A stretch of 64,000 bases of DNA. Origin: Vicugna vicugna (Eukaryota). Position numbers and translations under genes: made by a program. This document shows positions 62,507 through 64,000 of the stretch, one piece after another. The stretch spans positions 6,327,684-6,391,683 of the forward strand of contig MU061814.1 in NCBI GenBank assembly GCA_013265495.1. Direction: 5' to 3'. The notes under the pieces were generated by a model. It did no database searches and was not told the DNA's origin. It saw nothing but the letters and a program-made list of their open reading frames with translations. How positions within the stretch are numbered: position 1 is the stretch's first letter; each line of letters starts with the position of its first letter.

Positions 62507-64000
62507 GTGGGTGCTGGGGTCCAAGCTAGCAGATGAGCGGGTGATGCAGGTTGGCCTGCTGGCCTGAGGGCTGGTGTAAATGTGGTCGCTCCTCCAGGCA
62601 GAGTCTCCCCAGGTCCTGTCCCTGCAGCCCTGAGCAGCCAGGACTCACGCCACCCTCCTGGGGCGGTTTTCACCGCTGGGCCTTGCCCCCTCCGAGAGAG
62701 GTGGTCTTCTCACCTCTGCAGACTTGGTGGTCAGCACCAGCACAGGCTCTCTGGGGGCACGCAGAGCAGAAGGGCTTTTACTCAAATCCCATGAGGGAGG
62801 GTTTGGGAATGGTTCTGAATTCCTTGGTTTTGTGGGCCTGCCTGCAGCTTGCCGTCCAGATCAGGAATACACCGTACTCTGGCAGCAGCCCCTTCACACC
62901 GTCCTCAGGATACTCCAGGCCACCTGGCTCCTTGGACAGATGCAGGAGGAAACTCCTGGCCTCAGGAGCCCCTGGGTGGCCAGCAGCCTGAGTCCCAAGA
63001 GGGCAACTACGTAGTGGAGAGCAACAGGCCAGGCCCTGGAGCCTGGGGGCAGTGGGCCCTTCCTTCCCAGTCCCTCCACCCGCTGTGGATGCGGGCTGTT
63101 GAGGGCTTTCCCCCCGGGGAGGGGAGCCTCCTGAACAAGACAGGCCAGCTCTGAGGACCGCACGGCTCCAGGCAGCTTCCACACAGTTTGGGCAGGTCTG
63201 TGGGTGCCCTACCCACCTGCCGCTCCCTGCCAGCCCACACCCCCAGGAGGGGTGGCAGGTCCCTGTGGAGGAAGGCAGGACCCTGTGGCCCAGGGGGGCG
63301 GGGCGGGGCAGGTCCCTGTGAAGGAGGAGGTGGGCGGTGTGAGGATTCCTCCCTGAGAACTTGGCACCTCCACAGTTCTGTCTGGGTCAGCCAGGTTACC
63401 TCTGTCTACTGGCTTCGCATTCACCCCCACTTTACAGAGGGCAGACTGGGCCCCGGGTGAGGTCATGGCTCAGTCACATGGCTGCAGCCTCAGAAGAGGG
63501 GCACCTGTCAGAGTGAGCCCGCAGCGGAGGGCAGCCGGCCGCAGGTGTCTCCTGGGGCTGGCAGGACGCTATCTCCCTGGTTGGTAGGAGTCCGGTCTGG
63601 GGCCTGGTGGGACTCTCCTGTTCAGGGCCACCAGGGCAGGGTCCCCAGATCTGCTCTTATCCTTGTTCCATTCCTGCCCTGTGACCTTACCCCTCCTCGG
63701 CCCCTCCATTGGCTACATCCCTTTCCCTGTCCCTTTCCTTGACTCCCAGCGCAGGCTGGTCTCTCTTGGCACTTTGTATCCGCCCCCTGGCCCCCCACCC
63801 TTGTCCATTCACAGGCCCTCTGAGCATCCTTGTCCCCTCCCAGGACTGTCACGACTATCTGTGGGGTGGTCCCCGGCCATGGAAGCCCACCCCTCTGTCC
63901 CATGGTCGACATTCTGCTTTCCAGCAGGAAGCCCCAGCCCATCCCCAGACCCGTCCTCTCCTCCAGCTCCTTCTCCTGGGTACAGGTGCTCACGTCCTGT

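Noticed and set aside
62507-64000. Next MYT1 exon (SEPAAHSFASSEADD...)
   Set aside because: No matching frame or acceptor was found in the last 1.5 kb; it is presumed to lie beyond the window.

Overview
Mammalian genomic DNA (GC-rich, draft assembly with four N-gaps at 17180-17390, 20063-20313, 27862-28017 and 53265-53346), not a prokaryotic or viral sequence. The window holds the 5' two-thirds of MYT1 (myelin transcription factor 1, a neural/endocrine C2HC zinc-finger factor) on the + strand. Eleven coding exons run from the ATG at 44329 to 62506, with GT-AG boundaries and consistent reading phases. They encode zinc fingers 1-3, the acidic poly-Glu region and most of the MYT1 domain; the gene continues past 64000. 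Bases 1-44328 are upstream DNA plus large 5'-UTR introns with candidate promoters, REST/CTCF/RFX/NF-Y motifs, microsatellites and old repeats (L1M, L2, MIR, MER2-type, MER33). An ERV1 solo LTR lies in an intron of the coding region. I saw no young lineage SINEs, so the species is probably neither primate nor rodent (inference). I found no evidence of a new multi-gene system, and the other listed ORFs look like chance open frames in GC-rich DNA. The most notable observations are: Trp at the codon orthologous to human Ser105; a tailless 5'-half tRNA-His retrocopy with a 14-bp target-site duplication; a 63-nt alternative acceptor; an antisense LTR 31 bp from a splice donor; canonical and split RE1 sites; and a possible intronic polyadenylation isoform. 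Comparisons to human/mouse proteins and repeat consensus sequences are from memory and need database confirmation.
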